DNA of 64,000 nt from Diplonema japonicum (lineage: Eukaryota > Protista > Euglenozoa: Diplonemea), in contig OZ025747.1 of NCBI GenBank assembly GCA_964019335.1, positions 1 through 64,000 of the forward strand. Reading direction: 5' to 3'. Positions within the stretch are counted from its first letter, which is position 1. Each line of letters opens with the position of its first letter. Below are positions 9,546 to 22,143 of this stretch, in pieces. The notes beneath the pieces were generated by a model that saw only the letters and a list, made by a program, of their open reading frames with translations, had not been told where the DNA came from and made no database searches. Both the position numbers and the translations under genes were made by a program.

Positions 9546-10355
9546 ATTTCAAAGACTTTGTCAAAAGCCAGATGCAGAATGTCATCGGATGTTCTAAATG
9601 CATCAATCCGCGTTGCTATCAACTACAAGTTTGTTCAACCTAACTTTTTTGTGAGCGAGAAGAAAGAAAAGGCAAGCCGCTCGAAAAGAGCTGAGCACCT
9701 TGGAAAGGAAGGAACAGATCTGTTTACACAGGTCGATATCTGAGTACTGTTTAGTACGAAATGTAGCAAAAAACATATGAAAAAAGACCTTTTACGAGAA
9801 ATGGGTGACTACCCTGAAGGCTGGGACTACAACTGGGACAGCACTTCGAGGAGTGATTGTGGCTGTGGCGCGGCAGTTGAGTAATGAGAGTTCCTACAAG
9901 TTGCTGCATTTATGTTTCCCTTCTCTCTCACTTCGCTTCCTCTTCGCAGGTCTGCCTATCTGTGACACGTTTTTTTCCCAGGTGCACACACACCTCCACT
10001 GTGGACGTTGGAAAAAGTTTTTTGGGTTACCGTGGACGGTGGAAAAAAAGTTCTTACATATTGTCAAAATGCTACAAGGTGCCGGTTTTCTTTTTTAGTG
10101 TTTCCTTTTCTATCTCTTGCACAGCATAAATAGCGACCTTTTTCAAATTTAGCCACTTGTTTAGGGTGAGTCTGGCCTATGGTTTGACCAATAATTCTTC
10201 CTTTCTTAGACACCCTCTGTCTTCTGCTCCTTGTTGGCTGCAAAATGTTTTTTTGGCAGTGGCATTAAATTCCTTTCTCATTCTATACTTTCAAGTTCAT
10301 GTTTCATATTTTATTCATTTCTCTTTGTTATTACACAATCCCAGTCGGAGTGGAG

Positions 10356-12830
10356 ATGGTGCTTTGGGCATCTAAAAATGTAGCAGGTGAACCAATACTT
10401 CTTTGTGTGCAGTTTGGTAAGAATGACACAGAGCCTGAGTATACACAGGAGCAGCAAGAGGAAGACTACTCTGACCTGCCTCTGACCATGTGGGTCACTG
10501 ACTTAAAAAACTGCTGGAGCACTTCATTCTTGCCAGGTATACCACAGCTGCAAATATAACAAAACACGCCAGATGCTCTAGTACAGCCGACTGATCCTAT
10601 ACTTAGTGGCCCACTGCCATATAGCTGGTTCCACTTCCAGAAGGTGTTCCAGAAGTGCTTTAGAAGCCAGAATGTGACAATGTCAATGACACCCTCTGGC
10701 AGTGAGCAAAGCACTAATGCGAGGTGCTCTGTCGAGGTGAAGCTAAACTTCGATTCTCTACAACCGACCTTCTGGAAGCCCCGACTGGAGACAGCGCCTC
10801 AGGACATAGTTAAAAAGCTTGGCATGCTGATGTACAAATGCTACAAGCAGCTTGCAAGAAAACTCAGCGGCCACAGCGGCAGTGAAGGGGAGAGCGACAG
10901 TGAGAGTGAAGTGGAGTCAAACTCCGATGAAAAGATCCCGCTGCTAGAAGTAGAGCACGACACATCCCCTGATGCTAGCAGACGGCAAAACCTAGCATGC
11001 AATACACCAAGGCGGTATAGAAAGAAAACGGCTCAACTACAAGCGCAAGCCTGGAATGGGAAGTCCACCCTCGAACCTGACCTGCCCGCACAACGGAAAG
11101 TTCAAACTAGAAGAAAGGCACCAAGGTTCGCCGCTGTCGGCACTCTCCTTATCCCCTCGCCGCGTAGGGCCGTTGTCCTTCCTACCTTTGATGACAAAAA
11201 GCCTTTTTCGCCAGGTGCACCATGCGACTCGCGGGCAGCTTCGTTCCGTCGAAGGCAACCGTCTTATACAGATGACTCGTCAATGGAGTGCATGAAGCCC
11301 TCGCACCTCACGTCAGAGGAATTCACTAAAGAAATACAGCTGCGCAGCATGCACCCCAAGAGGAACACATCCCCGTTAGTACCCTTTCAGTGGTCCGCTT
11401 CCGATGATGACGACGTCGAGAAATCTGTTGTTAGAGCACATAGTAACAGCCCACCACCTACACCACCCAAACATCCTCGGTCGCCGCAGGTTCCGCTAGC
11501 TTCTCGTCCAGCTAAGACAAGGCTATCTGTTACACCCTCCCTCACCTCTGACAGAAAAGATTCTAAAAAAGATCAGCATATACCACTTCTCAACATGGTA
11601 TGTTTGTACGCTCACTCCTTCTACCCCCTCACAGGCTGGTTTCACGGGCCGGTCGCCCATCGCGACGCCCTCACTTTCTCCAATCACGCACAACACCACT
11701 GCCTATGCACTAGACAAGATAGAAGCCAGCCTCAGCACCTTGGTATGGAAATGAATACGTCCAGAAATATACAGGTGTCCGAGCTCTTTCCTGACTATAG
11801 CGATGCTGCACAGGAGCAGCTGTGTAAAGTCGGCACATGGGAGTTCAATGCTTTCGTTTTGGCAAAGGAGACAAACCGCCCCCTTTACTCCGTCGCCTAT
11901 CTGCTGATGCATGCTACCGGTTTAGTTACTAAATTCGCTATCAACGACCTCAAACTGCAGAACTTTCTCTCCAAGGTGGAAAGTCTCTACCAACCAAACC
12001 CCTACCACAACTCCATTCACGCGTGTGATGTGACACAGGCCAGCTGGTTGCTGTTGCAGGCTTTGGTTGCGCATCCTGTTTATGAGGTGCGTCCTGTTGA
12101 CTTTTTGTGCGTCTTGCTTGCTGCCGTCGGGCATGATATTGGACACCCTGGCTGGAACAACCACTTGGAGAAAGCAATGAAGACAGAGCGTGCCATGGTG
12201 TACAACGACCTGTCGGTGCTTGAAAACTTCCACACCTCTGCATTGTTCAAGATCCTCAGCGAGCCTGGCTGCGACGTGCTGTGCAACATGCAGCCCAGCG
12301 AGATGAGCTACGTGCGCACCATGGTGATAGGGATGATCCTCTCAACTGACGTGGGGCAAAACGTGAGATTCGTCGACGAAGTACGCGACGCTTTGGTGAC
12401 AGTGCGGAATAAAGAAGACGTGCCGTGTGTGGAGAGTCTCAGGAAGTCTATTCTGTGCTTGTGTCTAAAGTGTGCAGATGTGTCGAACCCTGCAAGAGAG
12501 CGCCATGTAGCTGTGGAATGGGCAGAGCGTGTTATACAGGAATTCCATGAACAGGGCGACAGAGAGCGGCTGTTGGGGTTATCGATCACAAAGTTCATGG
12601 ACAGGTACAGTCACACGGAAACATCTACCGCAGAGTGCCAGATTGGCTTCATTTCTGGTATCGTGCAGCCTTTGTATAAGCTGATGGATTTGGCCATCAC
12701 CACTGCGGGTTCACAGATGTTGTCACTGGCGGAACCAGCGCTTGCATACCTCGCCCTCAACTTGGAATGCTGGAAACAGCAGGAACAAGAGTCGAGAGAA
12801 GTAAACCCCATATCCTTGCCCGAGCCGTAG
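10356..12830 (+). CDS. Class I cyclic-nucleotide phosphodiesterase with an N-terminal XLF/XRCC4-like head region
   Basis: PDE motifs YHNSIHACDV, HDIGHPG, LENFH, ILSTD, CADVSNP, EFHEQGD, QIGF. Introns 10537-10572, 11598-11634 and 11743-11774 restore a continuous frame from ATG 10356. Confidence 0.9.
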
Positions 12831-15615
12831 CCTTTTCTTTTTTTTAATTCTACCCCGATCGGAGAGAGATCCACATGGCCACGGCCTTGGCTGCCGCATA
12901 TGGAATGCCTCTACTGGTGATGGTGGACGCATGTCTCTGCTTTGCTTCCTTTATTTTTACAGACAGCTTTCACGTATAGACATCGCATATGCTCATCCCT
13001 AACTGTGACCATACGCGAGCTTTTAGGATTCTTCTCATTAGTTACGACCTCTGTTGTTTTTCGTTATCCGGTCTATTCTCTTTATCCCCACGCCCCTTTA
13101 CCCTCACAAACTGGGTTTTGTATTAACCCTTAGAACCTTGTTGTTGTCCATCCTCCCGACTGGAGCCGTATTTTCAATTCGTGATCAGGGTTCGAAGTTT
13201 CATTAGCCGATAAGGTTAGGGAACATGCTATCATAAGGAAGGGTACCTACCCAACCTCTACTTACCATGTTTCTCTCCCTCTGATAGTGCTGACAATTCT
13301 CTCACGTGACCTTCCTGGGTGCTGTGGCTTCGGGGTTCTGAGGATTCCAACAGGAGAAAATAAGGAAAGGGGGAGCAAGAGTGTCAGCCATTCTGCTCTT
13401 TTCTTTTTCTTTTTCTGCATTTCTTATTCTTAAAATCTCAGTACTGGGTTTTTTTTTTGGGCATTTGCGAATTGTCTTACTGGCCCAAGAGTTGTTTTTG
13501 GGCAGAGATAGAAGGACCGAGAAAAAACGAGAGGGGGAAAAGTACAGATATGTTGGGTAAATACTTTTTTCCTTTTTTGTTCACTCACACCTTTCTATTG
13601 CCCCCCCCCCCCCCCCCTTTCCAAGTCTAGTTTTTCTCTTTATTTCTGTTGTTAGTTTAGTTTTTTTATACTCTTATTTTTATCCCGAACTCTCCATACC
13701 GTAAGCTTCTGCCTTTTGAGTAACGCTCCCTTTTGCCTGCCTTTGTGTCAAAGCACTGAATAGGCATGAGTTGCAGCAGTTTATTTTTTTCTCCCTTCTC
13801 TTTTTCTCTTTTCTTGATAATGGTTTCTATCACCTGTGTTAGTCTTTTTAGGCCCGCGTGACTCTTAAAAGTTTGAACGTGGGTAACCAGAAGCGAAAAA
13901 AAAACAAAAAAAAAAAAGAAGAAAAAAAAAAACAATATACTATGGCGAAAGTAAATATGAAAAAGACAAACAAGCAATAAAAAAAAAAAGAAGAGATGGA
14001 AGGCACTCTTAATCCCTGTTGTATTTGCTGCTTTTCTCCCCTCCCCTCCCACACCTATATTTTCCCAAAGCTAAAATCAGAGCTTATTTCTTATGAAAAA
14101 AAAAATCGAAAAGTGCCGTCATAGCCGCAATGTCGGGTGCCAAATCCGAAGGGAGGCGCACTTCACCTTCTCGCGAACGCTTCCCCCCCCCCTTTTTTTT
14201 CTTTATATCTTTTATTTTTTATATAAAAATATCAAAGTATTTTCACCATTCTACGGGCCTGACAGAGGAAGGAAGTAAGAGTGAGATTTCACACCCTGCT
14301 GCTGCACTGGAACCTTGTATGCTGGGCAACTGGCATGTTGCGCACCCCTCTGTGACTGTGGACACTTGAAGATCATTCGTTATCTAGTAGGACCCCCTTC
14401 TTTGATGTGCTATAAAACGAATATAAGAAGTTAAACAATAAACAATGTGGAGTATTTGGACATTAGCACTCCCTTTTGCCCCTCTGGAGACAGAGTTCCC
14501 CCTTTTTTTTATACTGTCGATGAATTTGTTGACAAGTGCTTGTTTATGGAAGGTTCCCCCCCCCCCCCCCCCCCCCCACTGCTTTTAAATGCTAATGGAC
14601 TTGAAAATAAAAGACTCAAAAAAAATTGAATTCAAGAAGTGCTGTGGCATCTCTAATTTTTCTATCTTCGTCTTGTGTGACAAAATGGATTGGTGTACCC
14701 ATACTTTCTACTTTTCTTCTTTTGGCACCTTCCCATTCTGAATTAAGCTAATCAAAAGCGCAAAATCAGAGGAAATTAATAATCTCCTCTCATCCTCCCT
14801 TATGTCCCAATGGTACGTTAAAATACTGTTGCAATAGAAAAGCACACAGCTTTTTGCTTTCCCCCTCTTCTTTATCCGTTATGCGATTTATATTTGAAAA
14901 AAAGGGATACACTTTTCCTTAAGTTTGTTATTTTGTTTTCCTTCTTTTTATATTATAACGCTTCCTCTGGGGGGGGGGGGGGGATGGAAACAGAAACCGT
15001 CTCTTTCCATTTTCTTTGTTGTGCCGCAAGTTGTGTACCAATGTGCCCACAAAAAAAAATACTGGAACCTATGGGATAAACCAATCTGTAGGGGTATGGG
15101 AAATACAAACCTGTTATCCCTGCCAAATATTCTTTTTTAGTTTTATTATCGAAAGAGAAAAAAAAAAGAGAAGGAACGGATGAAAATCTCTTCGCGGAGA
15201 GAGAAAAAAAAAAGAAAAAAAAAAAAAAAAAAAAAAAAGGTATCAGTTCAAAATGAAAAAGAAAGAATCAATCAGAACACATACCTAATACGAGCCTATC
15301 CCACCTCCTGCACCAAACCCTGCGGCTCAGTAGGTCCCAGACCCCTCGCCTTATCCCTGGTGTCCTGCTCCTATTTTCCTGCGGTTCGGTTTAACTACGC
15401 CGCAACGCTCGGCCCTTGCCACTAAATTAGTAAATTAGTTCACTAGCTAATCACGTCAACAAACGAGCATCATAAAAAGAGAGAAAGAGAGACCCACCCC
15501 CTGAAGGAAGCAGATATCTTAGTTCAAAAAAAATCTTTTTTCTGTTTCTCCGAAGCCCATAAATACACCACGCTCACTTCGAAACAGGAGGGTCATTAAA
15601 TAAAAAGAAAACAAC

Positions 15616-17429
15616 ATGAAGAGGTGCACTAGAGCTGCGCTGGCCTCCAGGAGGGTGGCCCCCATGGCGGCCCCCACTGCCATGTCCATGGGTGCTCAGA
15701 AGATGGCTCCCGTGTCCCAGATGAGGTGTGCCTCTGCTGCTGCGGGCAAGGGTGGGTTCAAGGCGACCCCACTTGTAGGACACGTGCACTCCATCGACGG
15801 TACCATCGCCACCGTGGCCCCTGCCGGTGTGGGCGGCAGCGCGTCCTTCAACAGTGTTGTGAAGATCCAGACCTCGAAGGAGACCGAAAAGGGTGTTGCG
15901 CACGCCGTTGTCTTCAACTTGAACAAGGACGGCTCCATCGGTGTCATCCTTCTTGACAACACCGACGCTGTCAGGTCCGGCCAGCCCGTCTACGCCACCG
16001 AGGAGCTCCTCAAGATCCCCGTCGGTTTCGGTGTGCTCGGGAAGGTGATCAACCCCCTTGGCCACGAGATCCCTACCAGCGCCCTGCAGAGGTCCCGCCC
16101 CCTCTTCTCCGACGAGATCGGTCAGGTGGACGTGGCCGCCCCCAACATCATCCAGCGTCAGCCTGTCAACTACAACCTGACCACCGGGTTCAAGGTCGTG
16201 GACACCATGATCCCCATCGGCCGTGGGCAGCGTGAGCTGATCGTCGGTGACAGGCAGACCGGTAAGACCTCCATCGCCGTGTCGACCATCATCAACCAGG
16301 TGAGGGTGAACCAGCAGACCCTTCGTAAGAACAACGTGGTGTCCGTCTACGTGTCTGTCGGGCAGCGATGCTCCAACGTGGCCCGTATCTTCCGTCTGCT
16401 CGGGTTGTACAACGCCCTGCAGTACTCCGTCATCATGGCCGCCACCGCCGCCGACCCTGCTGGTCTGCAGTACCTTGCGCCCTTCTCCGGTGTCACCATC
16501 TGCGAGAAGTTCCGTGACGCCGGTCGTCACTCTCTGATTATCTACGACGACTTGTCGAAGCAGGCTGTTGCCTACCGTCAGCTGTCGCTTCTGCTGAGGC
16601 GTCCCCCTGGTCGTGAGGCCTACCCTGGTGACGTTTTCTACCTGCACTCCCGTCTGCTGGAGCGTGCGGCCATGATGTCCCCCGGTATGGGTGGTGGGTC
16701 CCTGACGGCCCTCCCCATTGTCGAGACCCTCTCCAACGATGTGACGGCATACATCGTCACCAACGTGATCTCCATCACCGACGGGCAGATCTACCTTGAC
16801 GCCAAGCTCTTCACCGGTGGGCAGAGGCCCGCTGTCAACATCGGTCTGTCCGTGTCGCGTGTCGGTTCCGCGGCCCAGAACAAGGCGATGAAGGAGGTCT
16901 CTACCGACCTTAAGAAGATCATTGCTGAGTACAGGAAGCTTGCTGCTGACTCCGTGGGTGGGCAGTCTGTCGTGTCCATGGAGATGATCAGGGGTTCCAG
17001 GTTCGTTGCCATGTTCAACCAGAAGGGGCCTTCGTACTTCCTTCACGCCATCGTGGCGCTGTACGCCTGCCTCAACGGGTACATGGACGATGTTAAGCTT
17101 AACTACGTCAAGTTCTACGAGTACCTCCTTGTGCACAAGGACCTGTCCATCCTCTACAACAACGCGCAGAACAAGTTCTTCTACATGTACGTGACCGCCC
17201 TGAACTACCTCGTCAGGTTCTTCACCCTCAAGTATGTTGATTTCTTTTTTAATGTTCTCCTTCTACACTGTACAGGCATGCCCCTCTCAAGGAGGAGCTT
17301 GACACTATGCTGAAGTCCCACACCTCGATCTTCCTGACGCACTACCAGGCCAGGATGAACCTCATCAAGTCCGACAAAGAGCTTGTTGCTCTTAAGAACT
17401 TGCTGTACTCTTGCAAGCGTGCGGTCTAA
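15616..17429 (+). CDS. ATP1: Mitochondrial F1 ATP synthase alpha subunit, euglenozoan type
   Basis: GDRQTGKT and PGREAYPGDVFYLHSRLLER, plus an N-terminal presequence. Intron 17232-17275 gives the C-terminus ..LKNLLYSCKRAV as in trypanosomes. Confidence 0.97.
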
Positions 17430-17864
17430 GCACCACACCCCTCCACACCCCTCTTTCAGTGTTCACTGGGTCCCCTTTCAGACCCCTTTTATCTTCGGTG
17501 GTCGGTTTTTTTTTTATCTTCGCATCCCCCTTATTTTTTTGCCCCCTTCGGGTTTTCCCATCTCCCTTCCCTTTGTTTCCTGTGGTACATCCCCCTTTTT
17601 TTTGGGTTGATTTTTTCTTTTCTTTTTTTTTTCTTCTCTTTATTTTTTTTACCCAACCCCCCCTTTCTCATTCAAAAGAAATCAGTGTTCGGGTTTTTAA
17701 AAATGATTAAAAAAGCAGAACTGAGGGGGGGATCAAAATGCAGCAAATAAAAAAGAATAAAGAGATCACGCGGTTTTTCTTCCCGTCCCCCCTCCCCTCT
17801 TTTTTTTCCACTGCCTTTGCTTCCCCCCCCCCTCTTTTTCTTCTTCCTGTACTCCTTTCCTTTC

Positions 17865-19333
17865 ATGTCTAACTTCATTAAGAGAACGATGAGGTCAGTT
17901 GTCAGGTCGCTGGGCCGTTGCAGGCAGTTGAAGCAGGTGAGATGGGAAGGAGGCGAATCAATGGAAGACCAGATCAAGGCCGCCTACATGGACACATCCT
18001 CCGTCTCTTTCGGGAAGGACAGGGAGCTGACGCAGCTGCAGTTTTCCATTGACAACAACACTCCAGGATCACTGTTTGATGTTCTGTTGCCGTTCAAGAA
18101 CGCAGGTATCAACCTCAGCAGCCTGACAACAAGGCAGTGTCCAGACATCAACAATCTCAAAGCTATCACCGTATTTGTCGATATAGAGGGCAACATTGAA
18201 AACCCTGAGATCAAGGGTGCTGTTGAGAAGGCCAAGTCCATTGCAGTGCACTGCCAAGTCATCAACTCCTGCACCATCCCCTGGTACGCTACCGAGATCT
18301 CCCACGTCGATCTCTTCAACAGGGGCACCATGGCCGCTGGCGAAGACCTTTCATCCGACCACCCTGGCTTCAACGACCCTGAGTACAGAGCCAGGCGCGA
18401 CTACATCGCTGCCACTGGGAAGTCGTACAAGCACGGCATGAAGGTTCCCACTGTCAGCTACACCAAAGACGAGATTGCCACCTGGGGCAAGGTGTGGGAC
18501 CGCCTGATGGAGCTCTACCCCACACACGCCTGCAAGGAATACCAATACAACTTCTCCCTCATGGTCGAAAACTGCGGCTACCGCCCTGACAACATCCCCA
18601 ATCTGGAGGTATGATGAGAAAAGAAGAAAAAGATCCCACCGATTGCAGGATATTTCCTCTTACCTGAAGTACCGTACTGGGTTCAGCATCAGGCCTGTGA
18701 CCGGGCTGCTCACGCCGAGGAACTTCTTGAACGCCCTTGCGTTCAGAGTGTTCCACTCCACACAGTATGTAAGCTAAGACTATGGCACACGGCACTAGGT
18801 ACATCCGCCACCATTCCCTTCCTTTCTACACACCTGAGCCGGATGTGGTGCACGAGTTGATGGGCCACGCAGTGCTCTTTGCGGACCCTGACTTCGCAGA
18901 GTTCACGCAGCAGATCGGGATGGCGAGTCTTGGGGCCAGCGACGACATGGTTGCGAAGCTTGCCTCGTGCTACTGGTTCTCTGTTGAGTTTGGGCTGTGC
19001 AAGCAGGAGGGACAGATTAGAGCATACGGGGCGGGACTGCTGGGCAGCTTTGGTGAACTGAAATACAGTTTGTCCGGACCTGGCAACGGTGACGAGGAAA
19101 CAGGTCCCATCTACCTGCCGTGGGAGCCTGAAGTGGCTGCCGTTACAGAGTACCCTATCACCACCTTCCAGCCGAAGTACTTTGTTGCAGAGTCTTTCAA
19201 GGACGCTACTAAAAAGCTCCAGGACTACAGCGAGAGCTTCGGTCGCCCCTTTAAGCTGGAGTACAACCCCTACACCCAGTCCATCAAAACCATGACGAAA
19301 AACAGTGAGATGTACCTCTCTGGAAAGATGTAG
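17865..19333 (+). CDS. PAH: Phenylalanine-4-hydroxylase (ACT plus catalytic domain)
   Basis: [44 protein letters not shown]. Introns 18609-18648 and 18765-18798. Confidence 0.93.
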
Positions 19334-20298
19334 ACCTCAAGCACAGGGTCCTCCTCCTTACCACCACGCGATGGGGCAGCGAAGCCTAGGGACAGGGAAG
19401 GAAGAGAAAAAGGCAAATCGAGTTATCTTGGCTTTGCTTCCCTCACCCCATTTTCCCTTTTTCATTGTTTCTCTTCTTTTGAGACTTGAAACCCGGTTCC
19501 CTGCCGGAGCATTTCTTTTGGTGATTCTTGCCGGCGGGGGTTCAAGTTTATCCCCCCTCTTTTTTTTTGTGAGTACACGAAACAAAGTGCCGAAAAGTTT
19601 TTCTTTTTTTTCCGATTTAAGTTTCTGGTAAGGAAATGGATAGAACGAACTGCAAAAAGAAAGAAACGGAATGACAGCACCAAAGCAGGAGAATGAAGAA
19701 GATGGGGACTCGGGGGGGGGGGGGGGGGAGGAGGATGATGATGTGCCAAGCATCACAACCTACAAAGATGAGACAATTAGACCTCGGTTCTTCTACTGCT
19801 TCCGGCTGTCTACTTTAAAAAAGAGGAAAAAAAAAAGAACCGCCCTTCTCAGTATGCCAAAAAGGGAGAACGATGAATAAAGAAAGAGAGGGAAGGAAAA
19901 AAAAAGAAACTTAAAAGACCCCATCGAAAATTTCACCTTTTTTTGTCCCCTCTCTTTGAGACTTTTCTAGAGCGACCTGCGCTGCCTGACGTTCCGGAGC
20001 AGAGTGAAGTGTTGTGAATTACGCCTTTCCCCCCTCTTCATCTTTCTATTTCCCCCCTTCTTCTTTGTCTCCCTTTTTTCTTTCTTTTCTCCAATTTTTT
20101 TTAAAACTAAAATCTGTAAACACAAAACGTAGGTTCACCCCAGCTGTCGGCACTCCATTCTGATGGGGCTAAGAGAGTGCGAACCAGAAAAAAGGAAAAA
20201 AAGAAAAAGAGAAGGAAAAAAAAAAAAAAAAAAAAACAAGACCCCTCACTATTATTTGTATCCTGCCCCCAAAGTCCTTACCACCACACCAAAGCAGG

Positions 20299-21348
20299 AT
20301 GGATGCCTTCGCCACATCGCTGGCCCCTCGCAATGCACTGTACCACAAGCCGTTGTCGGTCCTGAGGGGCTTCTACTCAGACGTGCTCAGCACATCCGAC
20401 GAGGCGAATGCTACCACACGCAACACAAAGAGACGGCTACCGAAGATATCAAAGAGAGAAGAAGATCAAGAGCAATGTGAAGAGCAGGTGCACAACAAAG
20501 TGGTATCCATGCGTGACGTGGGGATAGGAGGGTTCCAAGCCTTCAACGATGCAGTCGGGAGTGTGCTGATGGGCAGCACACGGGAGAATAAGTGGGACGA
20601 GGTGACGGATTGGGTGCTGCGGTACGAAGTGGAGAGCAACATCGAAGCCATCACGCAGAGTGTGCAAGGTGTCACAGACACATTGGGATCGCTGCGGGGT
20701 GACCGGAAGAGCGGGGCGGCCCTGTTTGTCCTCCACCAGCTAGTCCTGCTGCTCCTGAAGTACGTCCCGACTGTCCGTGTGCCTGCTTTTAAGGTGCTTG
20801 AAGTAGTCTTCTCGACGGTGTACCTGGCTTGCGACAAGGAACTGCTGAACCCCGACAAGAACAGTCTCGTGGTCACTGTGTCGCCCACCCGACTGGAGGA
20901 CTTGATCCAGCGTTACACGCTCATGACCTACCCCACAGCTCTGGAGGAGGAGCTGCGCGGCACCTCGCAAGAGATATCCGACCTTCGCAAGCGACAGCAG
21001 CAGCGCACCAACCAGATAGCTGTCATCGACCGTGCAGTGCTCTTTTGGCAGACGCAGCTGAAGAAGCGGCTCCTCATGGCGTGGAAGAAGTACTGCAAAG
21101 ACAATTCAAGCAGCAAGGAGGCAGCCATCAAAGCTACACAGACCGCCCTTGAGACCCAGATCCGCACCCTGCAGGGAGCTCTTGCAGCTGCACGCGTGCA
21201 GCGCGACAACGAGACCGTCGCCTATTGTGCTAAGATTGACACCTTGGAAGACGAGGCGCAGACCGCGAGGCGGCTCATCATATCCCTCAAGGAGAGGCTC
21301 CACAAGGTAGAGACAACACGAAGCTTGACCCCTTTACAGGGTGTGTAG
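20299..21348 (+). CDS. Hypothetical coiled-coil protein (349 aa)
   Basis: Long GC-rich ORF on the gene-cluster strand with a helical C-terminus; no family recognised. Confidence 0.75.
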   Translation: MDAFATSLAPRNALYHKPLSVLRGFYSDVLSTSDEANATTRNTKRRLPKISKREEDQEQCEEQVHNKVVSMRDVGIGGFQAFNDAVGSVLMGSTRENKWDEVTDWVLRYEVESNIEAITQSVQGVTDTLGSLRGDRKSGAALFVLHQLVLLLLKYVPTVRVPAFKVLEVVFSTVYLACDKELLNPDKNSLVVTVSPTRLEDLIQRYTLMTYPTALEEELRGTSQEISDLRKRQQQRTNQIAVIDRAVLFWQTQLKKRLLMAWKKYCKDNSSSKEAAIKATQTALETQIRTLQGALAAARVQRDNETVAYCAKIDTLEDEAQTARRLIISLKERLHKVETTRSLTPLQGV

Positions 21349-21489
21349 ATGTTTTTTTTTTTTTTTTTTTTTTTTGCTTCTTGTTTTTTTGTTTTTGCCC
21401 GCCTTCTTTCCCCCCCTTCCCCCCCCCCCTGTTTTTCTCTTCCGGTTTCGCGGAATCTTTTTATTCCAGCAAAGAAAAGAAGAAAAAAA

Positions 21490-22143
21490 ATGGCAGTGAA
21501 GAGAGCACAAGACACGTCGAACTGGCCGGAGATCCGTATGTACCCACCCTGTGGGCACAAGCAGTGGGTGCGTGTGAGCAGGATGGAAGGGACGGTGGTG
21601 TTCCTGCAGTGCAAGAGATGCTGGGGCCCGTGGAGGACGGATCTGAACTGGCACGATAAATGCCCTGGACATTTTTCTGGTGGGTGTATTGACGAGAACT
21701 GCAAGCATGTGCATATATTTAGGGCGAGGCCCAAGAGGAGGAGGAACCACAACAGGAAGTTCAGTGAGGCAAGCGGGTCAAGTGCTGAAGGGGCAACAAC
21801 AGGGGGCAACTCTCCCGTGACCTGCGACCTGCGTGGGGTGGTGGGGCAGGACTTGGAGAACGAGTGTGACGGCCCACCTCAGCTGTGTGAAGAGGACAGC
21901 GACGACGAGCCCTCTGTAGTGCAGCATGCTCTCCTCCCTGCGATCCCCCATTCCCCTGTGCTGCTTATGGCACAACAGCAGCAGCAGCAGCAGCAACGTG
22001 TCCTCAACCCCAGCCAGTACATCGGCAACATGAATTTCGTCCAGCCGGTTCCTCCCTTTGTGACTGCCCCCCTCCCCATTACCCACCCCCAAGGTAGTCA
22101 ACAGCCAGTACAATATGTCCGAATCCTTCCTATGACTAGATGA
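21490..22143 (+). CDS. Zinc-finger protein (Cys ribbon plus CCCH), with a Q/P-rich tail
   Basis: PCGHKQW..LQCKRC..W followed by C-x7-C-x4-C-x3-H; ATG follows an A-run. Confidence 0.75.
   Translation: MAVKRAQDTSNWPEIRMYPPCGHKQWVRVSRMEGTVVFLQCKRCWGPWRTDLNWHDKCPGHFSGGCIDENCKHVHIFRARPKRRRNHNRKFSEASGSSAEGATTGGNSPVTCDLRGVVGQDLENECDGPPQLCEEDSDDEPSVVQHALLPAIPHSPVLLMAQQQQQQQQRVLNPSQYIGNMNFVQPVPPFVTAPLPITHPQGSQQPVQYVRILPMTR

Noticed and set aside
15574-17136. 520-aa minus-strand ORF (likewise 41951-42799, 54268-55398, 34243-35079 and 40180-40995)
   Set aside because: These are antisense shadows of codon-biased genes.
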